Shown piece after piece: positions 19,107 to 27,599 of a stretch of DNA of 64,000 nucleotides. The first letter of the stretch is position 1. The number at the start of each line of letters is the position of its first letter. The position numbers and the translations under genes are program-made. This DNA is from an uncultured Clostridia bacterium (GTDB lineage: Bacteria; Bacillota; Clostridia; Christensenellales; Borkfalkiaceae): NCBI GenBank assembly GCA_947624965.1, contig CANQMN010000005.1, positions 36,442 through 100,441 on the forward strand. Direction: 5' to 3'. Under the pieces are notes generated by a model. It saw nothing but the letters and a program-made list of their open reading frames with translations. It was not told where the DNA came from and searched no databases.

Positions 19107-20413
19107 GAGATCGCGTCCAGCGCCGCCTGCAACATGGGGTCGGCGCCCGCCCGCCACAGAAGGGGCGCGGCGACGCTCTGTGCGCCGGATGCCGCCGTGA
19201 GCTTATCGAACTGCACGCAGCGGTCGGAGAGCGGCCAGTGGACGGTCGCCACCGTGAGTTTCATCACGTTCCCGTCCCCGTCGCGGAAGTGGGATTGCAT
19301 GATGCCCTTCCCGTACGTCGCGGGGACGTCCGTTCCGTTGTCGCGCAGAAGGATGTCCGAGAACGAGACCGTACCGTAATCGACGAGCGCGCCGATGAGC
19401 GCCTCCGAGGCGGAGGCGGTATGCTCGTCCGCGAGCACGGTAAAGCGCGCGTCCGCGGGAAAGTAGGCGGCAAAATCGGAGCGCTCCGCCACATAGCGCT
19501 CCGTCTTTCCCGAACGGAACTTCGCCGTGAGCACGAGGGGATGGCTCTCGGGCGCGTTGCGCATGAGGCGAGAGGCGATGGCGACCATGTCGTCGAGGTA
19601 TCCGCCGCCGTTACAGCGGAGATCGAGGATGAGGTTTTCCCGTCCCCGCGCGCGCATGAGGTCGAGCATCCCGAACACCTCCCGCACGACGTTTCCGTCG
19701 AATTCGTCGATGCGAAGATAGGCGGTCTTGCCGTCCGCTCCCGCGAGCGCGCCCTCCGTCTCGGTGAGGACAAGTTCGTCCTTCCCGCGGAACACGAACT
19801 GCGCCCCGCTGTCGCGGTAGAGCGTATAGGAAGCGAGGTAGTCCCCGCACGTAATGTAGCGCGTCTCCGCGTCCGAGCCGTCCGCCTCGAAGCCGCAGCG
19901 CAGATAATACCCGTCCGCGTGCGCGCTCTGGAAGCTCGTCCATTGCGACGCGGTCCCGCTTTGGAGCGCATCCTCCGTCTCGCCGAAGGAGAACACCGTC
20001 ATGCCCCGCTCCACCCCCGCAAGGCAGGCGGGAGAATTTCCCACGACGGAATAGACGAGCGGAAGCCCGCCCTGCACGGACGTGAGCGAGATCCCGCTGC
20101 CCGTGTTGTTCCCCTCGCTCTCCCGCAAGACCTTGCCGTATTCCGCCTTGGAGTAGTAGCGGGAATAGGCGTCCGGACGGAGAGCGTCGAAAAGGGCGTC
20201 GTAGATCGCATCCTCGTCGAGCTCGGTGTAGAATTGTTCCTCGGTCGTATCCACTGCCCACATGAGATCGCGCATGCGCCCGTCGATGGCGTAGTACCTT
20301 CCGTACCATCCCGCCGTAAAGGCGCCCGCCGCCAAGGCGAGCGCGCCGAACACGCAGGCGGCGCAAAACGCCGCGCGCCTGCCGCGCGATCCTTCTTTCT
20401 TATCCTGTTTCAC
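19103..20413 (-). CDS. S41-family C-terminal processing peptidase
   Basis: 436 aa with an N-terminal TM, a PDZ-like segment, and LRCNGGGY, TASASE and TYGKG catalytic-region motifs. Confidence 0.8.
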   Translation of the reverse strand: MKQDKKEGSRGRRAAFCAACVFGALALAAGAFTAGWYGRYYAIDGRMRDLMWAVDTTEEQFYTELDEDAIYDALFDALRPDAYSRYYSKAEYGKVLRESEGNNTGSGISLTSVQGGLPLVYSVVGNSPACLAGVERGMTVFSFGETEDALQSGTASQWTSFQSAHADGYYLRCGFEADGSDAETRYITCGDYLASYTLYRDSGAQFVFRGKDELVLTETEGALAGADGKTAYLRIDEFDGNVVREVFGMLDLMRARGRENLILDLRCNGGGYLDDMVAIASRLMRNAPESHPLVLTAKFRSGKTERYVAERSDFAAYFPADARFTVLADEHTASASEALIGALVDYGTVSFSDILLRDNGTDVPATYGKGIMQSHFRDGDGNVMKLTVATVHWPLSDRCVQFDKLTAASGAQSVAAPLLWRAGADPMLQAALDAIS

Positions 20414-20422
20414 GGTGCCTCC

Positions 20423-21385
20423 TTACAGATGCAAGAGTTTGTAGAGTATGGTGATGACGCGGAAGGTGACCGCGTCCGAAAACTTTCTGATGTTCAGCCC
20501 CGTTACGCGCTCGATCTTATCGAGACGGTACATGAGCGTGTTGCGGTGCATGAACAGTTTGCGCGACGTCTCGGAGATATTCAGGCTGCTCTCCAAAAAT
20601 TCTTCCGCGGTGTTCGTCATGTCCTCGTCCTCGAAGATCTCCGCCGCGTCGCCGATACGGAACTGTTCCATATAATCTTTCAGGCGCGCCTCGGGAACGT
20701 CTTCGAGCATGCGCACGAGCAGATATTCGCGGTAGGAGTGGACCTCCCCCTCCGAATGAAAGATGCCGCTCATGCGGACCGCCGTCGCCGCCTGATGGTA
20801 GGAGAGCGCGATCTCCGAAAAGGACTTCATTTCACAGCCGACGCCCACGCTCGCGCGCACGCCGATCTCCTCGTACAGCGTCTGCGCGAGAAACTGTCCG
20901 AACTCGTTCGGAGACTGCCCCTCCTCCGCGAATTTCACGACGGCGATGCGGGTGTCGTCCATCTTGGCGACGAGGTCCGCGCCGTCTTCGAGGCACCGCT
21001 CCACGTGCGCATAGGACTGTTCCACGTTCCTGTCCGGAACGAGGTCCAGCGCGTAACAGGGCGCGTCCGCGACGTTGTACTTCGTCATGAAGCGGAAGGC
21101 GTACCACTGCCCTCCCTCGCCGAGCAGAATGCTTTTGAGATATTCCCTCTTTTCGGGGAAAAAGCGGCGGGCTTCCGCCCCCGCGAAAAAGTATGCGATG
21201 AGGCTCGCCTGCCTGCGCGCGGCGTCCCCCGTCCCCGAAACGTACGCCTCCGTTTTATTGCCGAAATAATCGAGCGTAAAACGTGTTTCTTCCCCTCCGC
21301 GGGAATTGAGGTATGCCTCCGTTCCCGTGTGAAGGGCGATGTCTTTGAGGATCTTTTCGATCTCGACCGCAATATTCGGATCCAT
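20423..21385 (-). CDS. PucR/CdaR-family transcriptional regulator
   Basis: ATG at 21385 follows GGAGGCG. The C-terminal HTH is TSRKLFMHRNTLMYRLDKIERVTGLN. Confidence 0.75.
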   Translation of the reverse strand: MDPNIAVEIEKILKDIALHTGTEAYLNSRGGEETRFTLDYFGNKTEAYVSGTGDAARRQASLIAYFFAGAEARRFFPEKREYLKSILLGEGGQWYAFRFMTKYNVADAPCYALDLVPDRNVEQSYAHVERCLEDGADLVAKMDDTRIAVVKFAEEGQSPNEFGQFLAQTLYEEIGVRASVGVGCEMKSFSEIALSYHQAATAVRMSGIFHSEGEVHSYREYLLVRMLEDVPEARLKDYMEQFRIGDAAEIFEDEDMTNTAEEFLESSLNISETSRKLFMHRNTLMYRLDKIERVTGLNIRKFSDAVTFRVITILYKLLHL

Positions 21386-21622
21386 AGAGCGCGCCTCCGC
21401 GTGAAAAATTTTTAGGCAGATTGCACGAAAATCGCCTTCCACGCGAAAAGATTATACCATGTCCGCGGTAAAATAGCAAGTAATTTCTCTTTTTTCCTGT
21501 TTTTTCCCGCGGGAATTGCACAAAATATCGGTAAAATCGGCTCGGATACGGGCATCGCTGCGGGCAAAATTGTGCAAAATGCCAGAAAAAAAGACGAATC
21601 GCGGATTTTTTTACGGATAAAG

Positions 21623-21651
21623 TTGACACCCCGTATTTTCAATGCTATAAT
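21623..21651 (+). promoter_or_regulatory. consensus sigma-A promoter for the 565-aa membrane protein gene
   Basis: TTGACA-17 nt-TGcTATAAT. Confidence 0.5.
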
Positions 21652-21711
21652 AGTGTGGCATAGAAAGGAAAAAATGCCCTTTTCGGGTCAAAATAAAATT
21701 CATTTGGAGCG

Positions 21712-23409
21712 ATGATCATGAAAAAACGGAACGTTGCGGAACCCTCCGCAGCACCTGCCGAATCCAATTCAAACGCGAACATGGTACCCCCCAAGAGCGC
21801 GGCGACGGGTTATAAGGTCCTCTCCGTGCTCATCTTTGTCCTCGCGACGGGCGGGCTGTTCCTCGGATTGCTCGGAGAGGTCGTGTATGCCTTTATGGGC
21901 ACGCCTCTCGGAGGGCTCTCTCCGGATGCGCCCCTCTACGGCTCCTCGATGGGAAATATCATCGGGATCTTCCAAGCGCTCTTCTCGGGCGGGTCGGTTG
22001 CCGCGCCCGCGCTTACCTTTGCAGGCGGCGCCGCGGGTCTTGCGTATTTCTTGGAATATTACCTGCATTTTGTTCTCATCGTCGCGGTCCTTCTTTCCCT
22101 CGTCCTCGGGATCTTGTCCCTCTGCCTTTCCAAAATTTCCAAGCCCTGCGCCTATGTGAGCGCGTATGTCGTAATGCTCACGTACGGCGCGATCTTCGCC
22201 TGTGAATTTTTCGTCGCATCCGCAGGATTCTCTCAACTCCTCGGAGTTCCCGTAGAGATCCTCGACCTCATCGATCTGCCCGCTCTCCTCATCTCGCTCG
22301 TTGCGGCGGCGGCGATCTGCGTCGCGGCGTTTGCCCGCAGAAAGGCTGCGGCTCTGCCCAACGTCATCCTCTTTTTGCTCTCGCTCGTCGCGCCCTTTGC
22401 GCTCTTCTATCCCAACACTGCGGGCGAGGCGGGCAACAGCGTCCTCTGCTTTAACGACGCTCTTTCGACCGCCTCAACGTTGGATCTTGCGACGCGCATC
22501 TTCATCATCATTGCCGGGATCATGCTCATTCTCAACGCCGTGATCTCCTCTTTCAGGATCTCCGCGAAGAGGGCTTACGCGCTCGACCTTGTGCGCTTTG
22601 CGGTCCAGTTCGCCGTTCTCATCGCGCTCACATGCGTCTATATATTCAGCCCGTTGGACGAAGCGTCGATCTCGGACGCCGCGGCGAACGTATTTACGCA
22701 GATCTCCTACATCGTCGTGCTGGCGGCTTCTCTTGCGGAACTCTTCTTCGGAATTTTGCTCACCGCGATCGCCACGGCAAAGAGCAACCGCGAAAAGGAA
22801 GACAAGGCGCTCGATGCGCTTGCGGAGGGCGTGCTCATCGCCCGCGCGGCGGGACAGCCTGCCGCGGCAATGCCGTCGCCCCTTGCACCCACGCCCGTGC
22901 CCGCCTACGTGCCCGCTTTCGTGCCTGCGTACGCGCCCGCACCCATGTATGCGCCCGCCCCTGCTTCTATCGCGCCTACGCCTACGCCTGCGCCTGCTCC
23001 TGCACCCGCGCCCGCGCCCGCGGAGACGCCCATGAGCGAGTTTGAAAAGTCGATGGAAGCGCTCGCGAAGGGCGAACAGCCCGAGCCCGCGCCCGAAGCG
23101 CAAGCGGACTTCCGCATGCCTTCCTATCCCTCGATCACGCCCGCGGCGCAGCCCTCCTCTCCCGCGTACGACCCGACGCAGTACACCTACGATCCCTTCA
23201 TCAACGGGCTCTCGCCCAAGGAGAAGAACGAGTTCGGCGATCTGTTCATCGCGGGAAAAGCGGGAAAACTGCAAAATTTGCCCACCTACGTCATCGGCGG
23301 GGACAACACCGAATTTTTCCGCAAGGTGTTCATCTATTTGGGGCGTTACCGCAAGAACATCTCCGCGGAACTTCTCGATAAGCTCTACGTGTACGTCTCC
23401 AAAAATTAA
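21712..23409 (+). CDS. multi-pass membrane protein with Pro/Ala-rich linker
   Basis: 565 aa; the ATG at 21718 has better RBS spacing. It has about 10 TM helices and a low-complexity PAPMYAPAPASIAPTPTPAPAPAPAPAPA stretch, followed by a conserved-looking C-terminal domain. Confidence 0.6.
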   Translation: MIMKKRNVAEPSAAPAESNSNANMVPPKSAATGYKVLSVLIFVLATGGLFLGLLGEVVYAFMGTPLGGLSPDAPLYGSSMGNIIGIFQALFSGGSVAAPALTFAGGAAGLAYFLEYYLHFVLIVAVLLSLVLGILSLCLSKISKPCAYVSAYVVMLTYGAIFACEFFVASAGFSQLLGVPVEILDLIDLPALLISLVAAAAICVAAFARRKAAALPNVILFLLSLVAPFALFYPNTAGEAGNSVLCFNDALSTASTLDLATRIFIIIAGIMLILNAVISSFRISAKRAYALDLVRFAVQFAVLIALTCVYIFSPLDEASISDAAANVFTQISYIVVLAASLAELFFGILLTAIATAKSNREKEDKALDALAEGVLIARAAGQPAAAMPSPLAPTPVPAYVPAFVPAYAPAPMYAPAPASIAPTPTPAPAPAPAPAPAETPMSEFEKSMEALAKGEQPEPAPEAQADFRMPSYPSITPAAQPSSPAYDPTQYTYDPFINGLSPKEKNEFGDLFIAGKAGKLQNLPTYVIGGDNTEFFRKVFIYLGRYRKNISAELLDKLYVYVSKN

Positions 23410-23421
23410 AAACCGAAAACA

Positions 23422-23448
23422 AAGAGCCGCCCGAGAAGGGCGGCTCTT
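23422..23448. terminator. stem-loop between convergent genes
   Basis: AAGAGCCGCCC-gagaa-GGGCGGCTCTT followed by TTCTT. Confidence 0.6.
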
Positions 23449-23489
23449 TTCTTATCGTTCGCCTTTTGCTCCCGCCTCTGCGGGGCGTT

Positions 23490-23771
23490 TTAAGCGAGAA
23501 GAATGCGGTCGAGCGCGGCGCGGAGGTTTTGCTTGCAGTCCTCGTACCTCTCCGAGGGATGCGCCTCGTACAGCTTTTCTCCGCCGTAAAACAGCGAAGG
23601 CACATAATAGTAATCGTATTTTTCGGAGATCTCGGGATGCCTCGTCTCCTCGATCCATTCGACAAAGATCTCCCCGTATTCGCGCCGCTCGGCTTTGAGC
23701 TCGCGGAGCGCGCGCTCCGCATAGCGGCAATACGGGCACCCGTCCATGCAGAACAAAATGCACTTTTTCAT
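23490..23771 (-). CDS. glutaredoxin/thioredoxin-fold protein
   Basis: 93 aa, MKKCILFCMDGCPYCRYAE, with the CPYC active site. Confidence 0.6.
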   Translation of the reverse strand: MKKCILFCMDGCPYCRYAERALRELKAERREYGEIFVEWIEETRHPEISEKYDYYYVPSLFYGGEKLYEAHPSERYEDCKQNLRAALDRILLA

Positions 23772-23786
23772 ACCCCATTCCCCCGT

Positions 23787-24152
23787 TTATCGCTTCTCGA
23801 ACACGACGATCACGCTGATGCCGTCCCGCTCGCTGAACGTTCTTCCGTCGCCGAGCGCGTCGATGAGATAGAGCCCTCTCCCCCGCTCCTCGTCCACGGC
23901 GGAGCAAAAACTCTCCGCGGGCGGACAAAAGTTGTTTTCGCTCTTCACGCTGATGCGGATCTCCCCGCCCGCGACGACGGCGCGCATGCGCGCCCTTCCG
24001 CCGCCATGGACAAGGGCGTTGGAAAGCAGCTCGTTCGCGATGAGCCGACTGTCGAAGACCTTCTCCTCGGGCACGTTTTCCCGGAAGAGGGCCTCGCACA
24101 TGCGATGAAGCGCCGACCGCAGCGCGTTGAAATCGTCGATCTCGTAATCCAT
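23787..24152 (-). CDS. anti-sigma factor / HATPase_c-like serine kinase (RsbW-type)
   Basis: 121 aa with N-box ELLSNALVHG and a GRGLYLI box. The start overlaps the sigma stop (ATGA). Confidence 0.65.
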   Translation of the reverse strand: MDYEIDDFNALRSALHRMCEALFRENVPEEKVFDSRLIANELLSNALVHGGGRARMRAVVAGGEIRISVKSENNFCPPAESFCSAVDEERGRGLYLIDALGDGRTFSERDGISVIVVFEKR

Positions 24153-24877
24153 CAGTCCGCCATGCTCTTTTTCAGTTCGTCTTTGAGTTTGTCCAAAACC
24201 TTGCGTTCCATGCGCGAAACGTACATTTGCGACACGTTCATGCGCTTTGCGGTCTCCGTTTGGGAGAGTTCCTTCCCGAAGCGGAGCCGCACGAGCTCGC
24301 GTTCCCGCTCCGAAAGGGTGGAACAGGCGGCGAGCACCGCGTCGCGGTTTTCAAACCGCTCGAAATCGTCCCTCTCGGCGGGAATGGTCTCGTAGAGGGC
24401 GGGACCCTCCGCGCCGTCCGCGGGCTTATCGAGCGAGACGACGCCGCCCGCCTCCGCCGCGTTGACGACGTCTTCCTCCGAGACCCCCAGCATCGCCGCG
24501 AGTTCGCGCGCGGAGGGAAGCCTGCCGTTCTCCGCAAAGAATTTTTCGGCGCTCTGTTTGAGCGCGCCGCGCAGTTCAAACACCTTGCGCGGAAGATGCA
24601 CGAGACGGGAGCGGTCGCGGAAATAATTTTTGATCTCCCCCGTGATGGTGGGCGTGATGAAGGTGGAAAAGCGCAGACCCTTCGTTTCGTCGAAGCGGTC
24701 TATTCCCTTGACAAGCGCAAGCGAGGCGACCTGATACAGGTCGTCGTATTCCACGCCGCGCCCCACGAACTTCTTCGCGAGAATGGAGGCGATGTACAGA
24801 TATTTTGCGACGATCTCGTCCCGAAGGTGCCTATCCCCCGTCGCGCGATATCTTGCAAACAGCTCGGTCTCGTCCAT
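24152..24877 (-). CDS. SigB/F/G-group RNA polymerase sigma factor
   Basis: 241 aa. Region 2 reads DLYQVASLALVKGIDRFD and FSTFITPTITGEIKNYFRD. The region 4 HTH reads SQTETAKRMNVSQMYVSRMERK. Confidence 0.85.
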   Translation of the reverse strand: MDETELFARYRATGDRHLRDEIVAKYLYIASILAKKFVGRGVEYDDLYQVASLALVKGIDRFDETKGLRFSTFITPTITGEIKNYFRDRSRLVHLPRKVFELRGALKQSAEKFFAENGRLPSARELAAMLGVSEEDVVNAAEAGGVVSLDKPADGAEGPALYETIPAERDDFERFENRDAVLAACSTLSERERELVRLRFGKELSQTETAKRMNVSQMYVSRMERKVLDKLKDELKKSMAD

Positions 24878-25236
24878 TACTTTTTTCCGAATGTGAATTT
24901 GACGGAGGAAAGCGCGCCGTCCGCGCGTTCAAACTCCACGTCCGCGAGCGCGCTCAACAGCGCGTAAGAGATCTCGTCCTCGGAGGAGGGCGCGGCGCTC
25001 CCCCGCGATTCGCCGAGGATCTCCACGCGCAGCCCGCCGTCGTCCGAAAAGCGCATGCGCGCGCCGCGGTAGCCGCTGTGTCCCAGAAGGAGCAGGCTCT
25101 CCGTAACGCATACTTTGCAGTCCTCGCTGGCGTCGAGGTCGAGACCCGCGCGCGAACAGACGCCGCCCGTGGCGAGACGCACCGTCGTCATCATGTCGCT
25201 CCCGAGCGGGAAGCGCAATTCGAGATATTCTTTCAT
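24877..25236 (-). CDS. degenerate RsbW/SpoIIAB-like protein (probable pseudokinase)
   Basis: The internal ATG at 25236 gives 119 aa. LELRFPLGSDMMTTVRLATGGVCSRAGLDLDASEDCKVCVTES aligns by eye with the RsbW N-terminus, but the N-box Asn and G-box glycines are missing. Confidence 0.5.
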   Translation of the reverse strand: MKEYLELRFPLGSDMMTTVRLATGGVCSRAGLDLDASEDCKVCVTESLLLLGHSGYRGARMRFSDDGGLRVEILGESRGSAAPSSEDEISYALLSALADVEFERADGALSSVKFTFGKK

Positions 25237-25541
25237 CCTTCTATCTCCATCACGGTGTCCAGCGCGCAGATCGTGAACAGCTTTTTCAGCCGAGGGCGCA
25301 GAGAGACGAGTTTGGTCTTCTTGCCGTCCGCCTTCGCCTTTTTCATGATCTTCACGAAGGTGCCGAGCGTCGTGGAATCGATAAATTCGAGCCCTGCGCA
25401 ATCGAACACGATGTCGCGGGGCGCGTCTCCGTACGCGCGGACGGTCTCCTCGTAAAATTCGTCGGCATTGCGGGAATCGATCTCCCCCGCAAGCGCGATT
25501 TCCAGCGCGGGTTCCGTGCTCTTGATGGCTACTTCCTGCAT
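25233..25541 (-). CDS. STAS-domain anti-anti-sigma factor (RsbV/SpoIIAA-like)
   Basis: 102 aa with a GGAGG RBS. The motif DCAGLEFIDSTTLGTFV contains the conserved phospho-Ser context. Confidence 0.8.
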   Translation of the reverse strand: MQEVAIKSTEPALEIALAGEIDSRNADEFYEETVRAYGDAPRDIVFDCAGLEFIDSTTLGTFVKIMKKAKADGKKTKLVSLRPRLKKLFTICALDTVMEIEG

Positions 25542-25604
25542 AATGACCTCCTGCCGTTCACGGTATTCATACCGCAAAACCGCTGATTTCAAACGATTTT
25601 CTCC

Positions 25605-25633
25605 ATTATAAACGAAAAACGGGGAAATGTCAA
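25605..25633 (-). promoter_or_regulatory. consensus sigma-A promoter of the STAS-sigma operon
   Basis: The reverse strand reads TTGACA-17 nt-TATAAT. The -35 overlaps the stop of the upstream HAD gene. Confidence 0.5.
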
Positions 25634-26424
25634 TCCCCGTCGAAGAGCGCGTTGAGGTCGGGCAGCGTGAGATCCGGCTTATCCGGGAAATCGCGCGCGG
25701 ACTGCTGCGTCGTCTCGCCCGAGAGCACGAGGAGCCCCGCGATGCCGTTGGCGTTGGCGAAGCGGATATCGGTATACATCCTGTCGCCCGCCATGCACAT
25801 CTTGCCGCGGGGAACGCCGTATTCCCGTTCGAGCATCTCCGCCATGGGCGCATACGGTTTGCCGATGATCTTTTCGGGAACTCTGCCGGAAGACTTTTCG
25901 AGCAAAGCGAGAAAACTGCCCGCGTCCGGCATGGAGCCGTCCTCCGTGGGGCAAACGACGTCCGCATGCGTGGCGATGAACGTCGCGCCCCGCCGCAAAA
26001 AGCGGTCGAACGCGCGCAGTTTCGCGAAGGTGAGCTCGGTGTCGTAGGCGAGCACGCACACCTCGGGCGAATGCTCGTCGAGCGGCACGCCGAACGCCGC
26101 GAACTCCGCTTTGAGCGCCGCCGTTCCGAGCAGATACACCCGCTTGCCGCCGTAAAACGCGTTCAGATAGCGCGCCGTCGCCATGCCGGAGGTGAACACG
26201 CCGTCTCCCTCGCCGAGCAAGCCGATGCGCGCGAGCTTTTCGCGGTATTCCCGTTCCGTGCGGGAGGAATTGTTCGTGAGGAACACGAGTTTCTTCCCCA
26301 TCGCGCGGAGGCGTGCGAGCGTGCGCTTCATGTCCCCGATGGGCGTCTCGCCGAGGTAGACCGTGCCGTCCAAATCGAGCAGAAACAGCTCCGTATTGTT
26401 CAAGATGTCTTCTTTCGTCATCAT
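25630..26424 (-). CDS. HAD-IIA sugar phosphatase (NagD/AraL-like)
   Basis: The internal ATG at 26424 gives 264 aa with LLDLDGTVY, FLTNNSS, GKP and GDRMYTDI motifs. Confidence 0.8.
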   Translation of the reverse strand: MMTKEDILNNTELFLLDLDGTVYLGETPIGDMKRTLARLRAMGKKLVFLTNNSSRTEREYREKLARIGLLGEGDGVFTSGMATARYLNAFYGGKRVYLLGTAALKAEFAAFGVPLDEHSPEVCVLAYDTELTFAKLRAFDRFLRRGATFIATHADVVCPTEDGSMPDAGSFLALLEKSSGRVPEKIIGKPYAPMAEMLEREYGVPRGKMCMAGDRMYTDIRFANANGIAGLLVLSGETTQQSARDFPDKPDLTLPDLNALFDGD

Positions 26425-27464
26425 AGCTCCAACGATCCGAAATCGCGCAGGAGGGCGCACAGCCCGTCCGCGCACAGCTCGGGCAGGCGGACGAGCCGCG
26501 CCGCGGAGAGCGGTCTCTCCTCCCCGCCGAACTGCGTAAACGCGCGCCGCAGCGCCCCTTTCTCCGCATAGATGCGCTCCGCTTCCCGCGCAAGCTCTCC
26601 CCGCGCGCGCTCCAACGCGACCGCGCGGGAGACGTATTCCGCTACCGTGGGAATGCGGATATCGCGATACTCCACGCCCGCCGCAGCCGCGCGGCGTGCG
26701 TAGTCGGGAATGAAATATCGGCGGGGCTTTCCGTAGCGGAAGAACGCCGCATACAGCGCGGAAAGCAGGCAAAACGCACCCCATTCCCCTATTTTTCCCG
26801 CTTCGGCGGACGCCGAACGCGCAAGCACGACCCCTTCGCCGACGGGCAGCCCCTCCCGCTCCGCCTTCCGCAACGCGAGGTTGCGCGAATAAATTTGTTC
26901 GGCGTTCAGATCCGCTATCCCTTCGGTGAGCGGGAGCGCGGCTTGGTGCGGCGCGTACGCCCGCCCGTTCAACGCGGCGAGCGCGCGCGCTTCAAAGAGC
27001 GCGAGACGGGCGAGACAGAGCCGCGCAAACGCCGCGGGCAGGGAGGAACGGAGCAGTTCCCCGTCGCAGAAGAGTTCCCCCTCGGCGAGCGGAACGCGCC
27101 GAAGTTCCCCGCCCAACCGCAGTTGCGCCGTCCGCTCGAACACGCCGTCGAACGTTCCGTCCGCGGGGACGAGAAAGCAGGGCGTCCGCCTTATTTCGGC
27201 GAAACAGCGCGCCGCGCGCATCGCGGCGGGACCGCCCACGGCGACCACGCGCGAAACGTCGTCCGGCGCGGAAAAGAGCGGCAACACCTCGTCGCCTTCG
27301 AGGACCACCGTAAACGCGCGGAAGGCGGGCGGCAACAGCGCGGAGAGCGCGTTCCCGTCCGAGACAAGGAGCGCGCGCCCCGCAAACGGCTGTTTCCAGA
27401 CCTCGCCCGCGGCGCGGAAAACGCGCCCCTCCCCTTCGTACCCCGTTCCGCCCGGCGGCGTCAT
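26421..27464 (-). CDS. dehydroquinate-synthase-fold protein (AraM / glycerol-1-phosphate dehydrogenase-like, degenerate)
   Basis: VVAVGGPAAMRAARCFAEIRRTPCFLVPADGTFDG resembles the GGGxxxD...PT..s.dg core. The start is uncertain: ATG at 27464 or an upstream TTG/GTG. Confidence 0.45.
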   Translation of the reverse strand: MTPPGGTGYEGEGRVFRAAGEVWKQPFAGRALLVSDGNALSALLPPAFRAFTVVLEGDEVLPLFSAPDDVSRVVAVGGPAAMRAARCFAEIRRTPCFLVPADGTFDGVFERTAQLRLGGELRRVPLAEGELFCDGELLRSSLPAAFARLCLARLALFEARALAALNGRAYAPHQAALPLTEGIADLNAEQIYSRNLALRKAEREGLPVGEGVVLARSASAEAGKIGEWGAFCLLSALYAAFFRYGKPRRYFIPDYARRAAAAGVEYRDIRIPTVAEYVSRAVALERARGELAREAERIYAEKGALRRAFTQFGGEERPLSAARLVRLPELCADGLCALLRDFGSLEL

Positions 27465-27599
27465 CTTCGGTACGAAATTTTCGGCGGGTCCCAACCTTTC
27501 ACCTCGCAATAAAATTTTAACGAAAAAGCCCCGCGATCGCCCCGTCAGGGCGCGCGACGGGCGGGCGTCTCCCCGCACACGTCCCGCCCCGAAAAGCCG

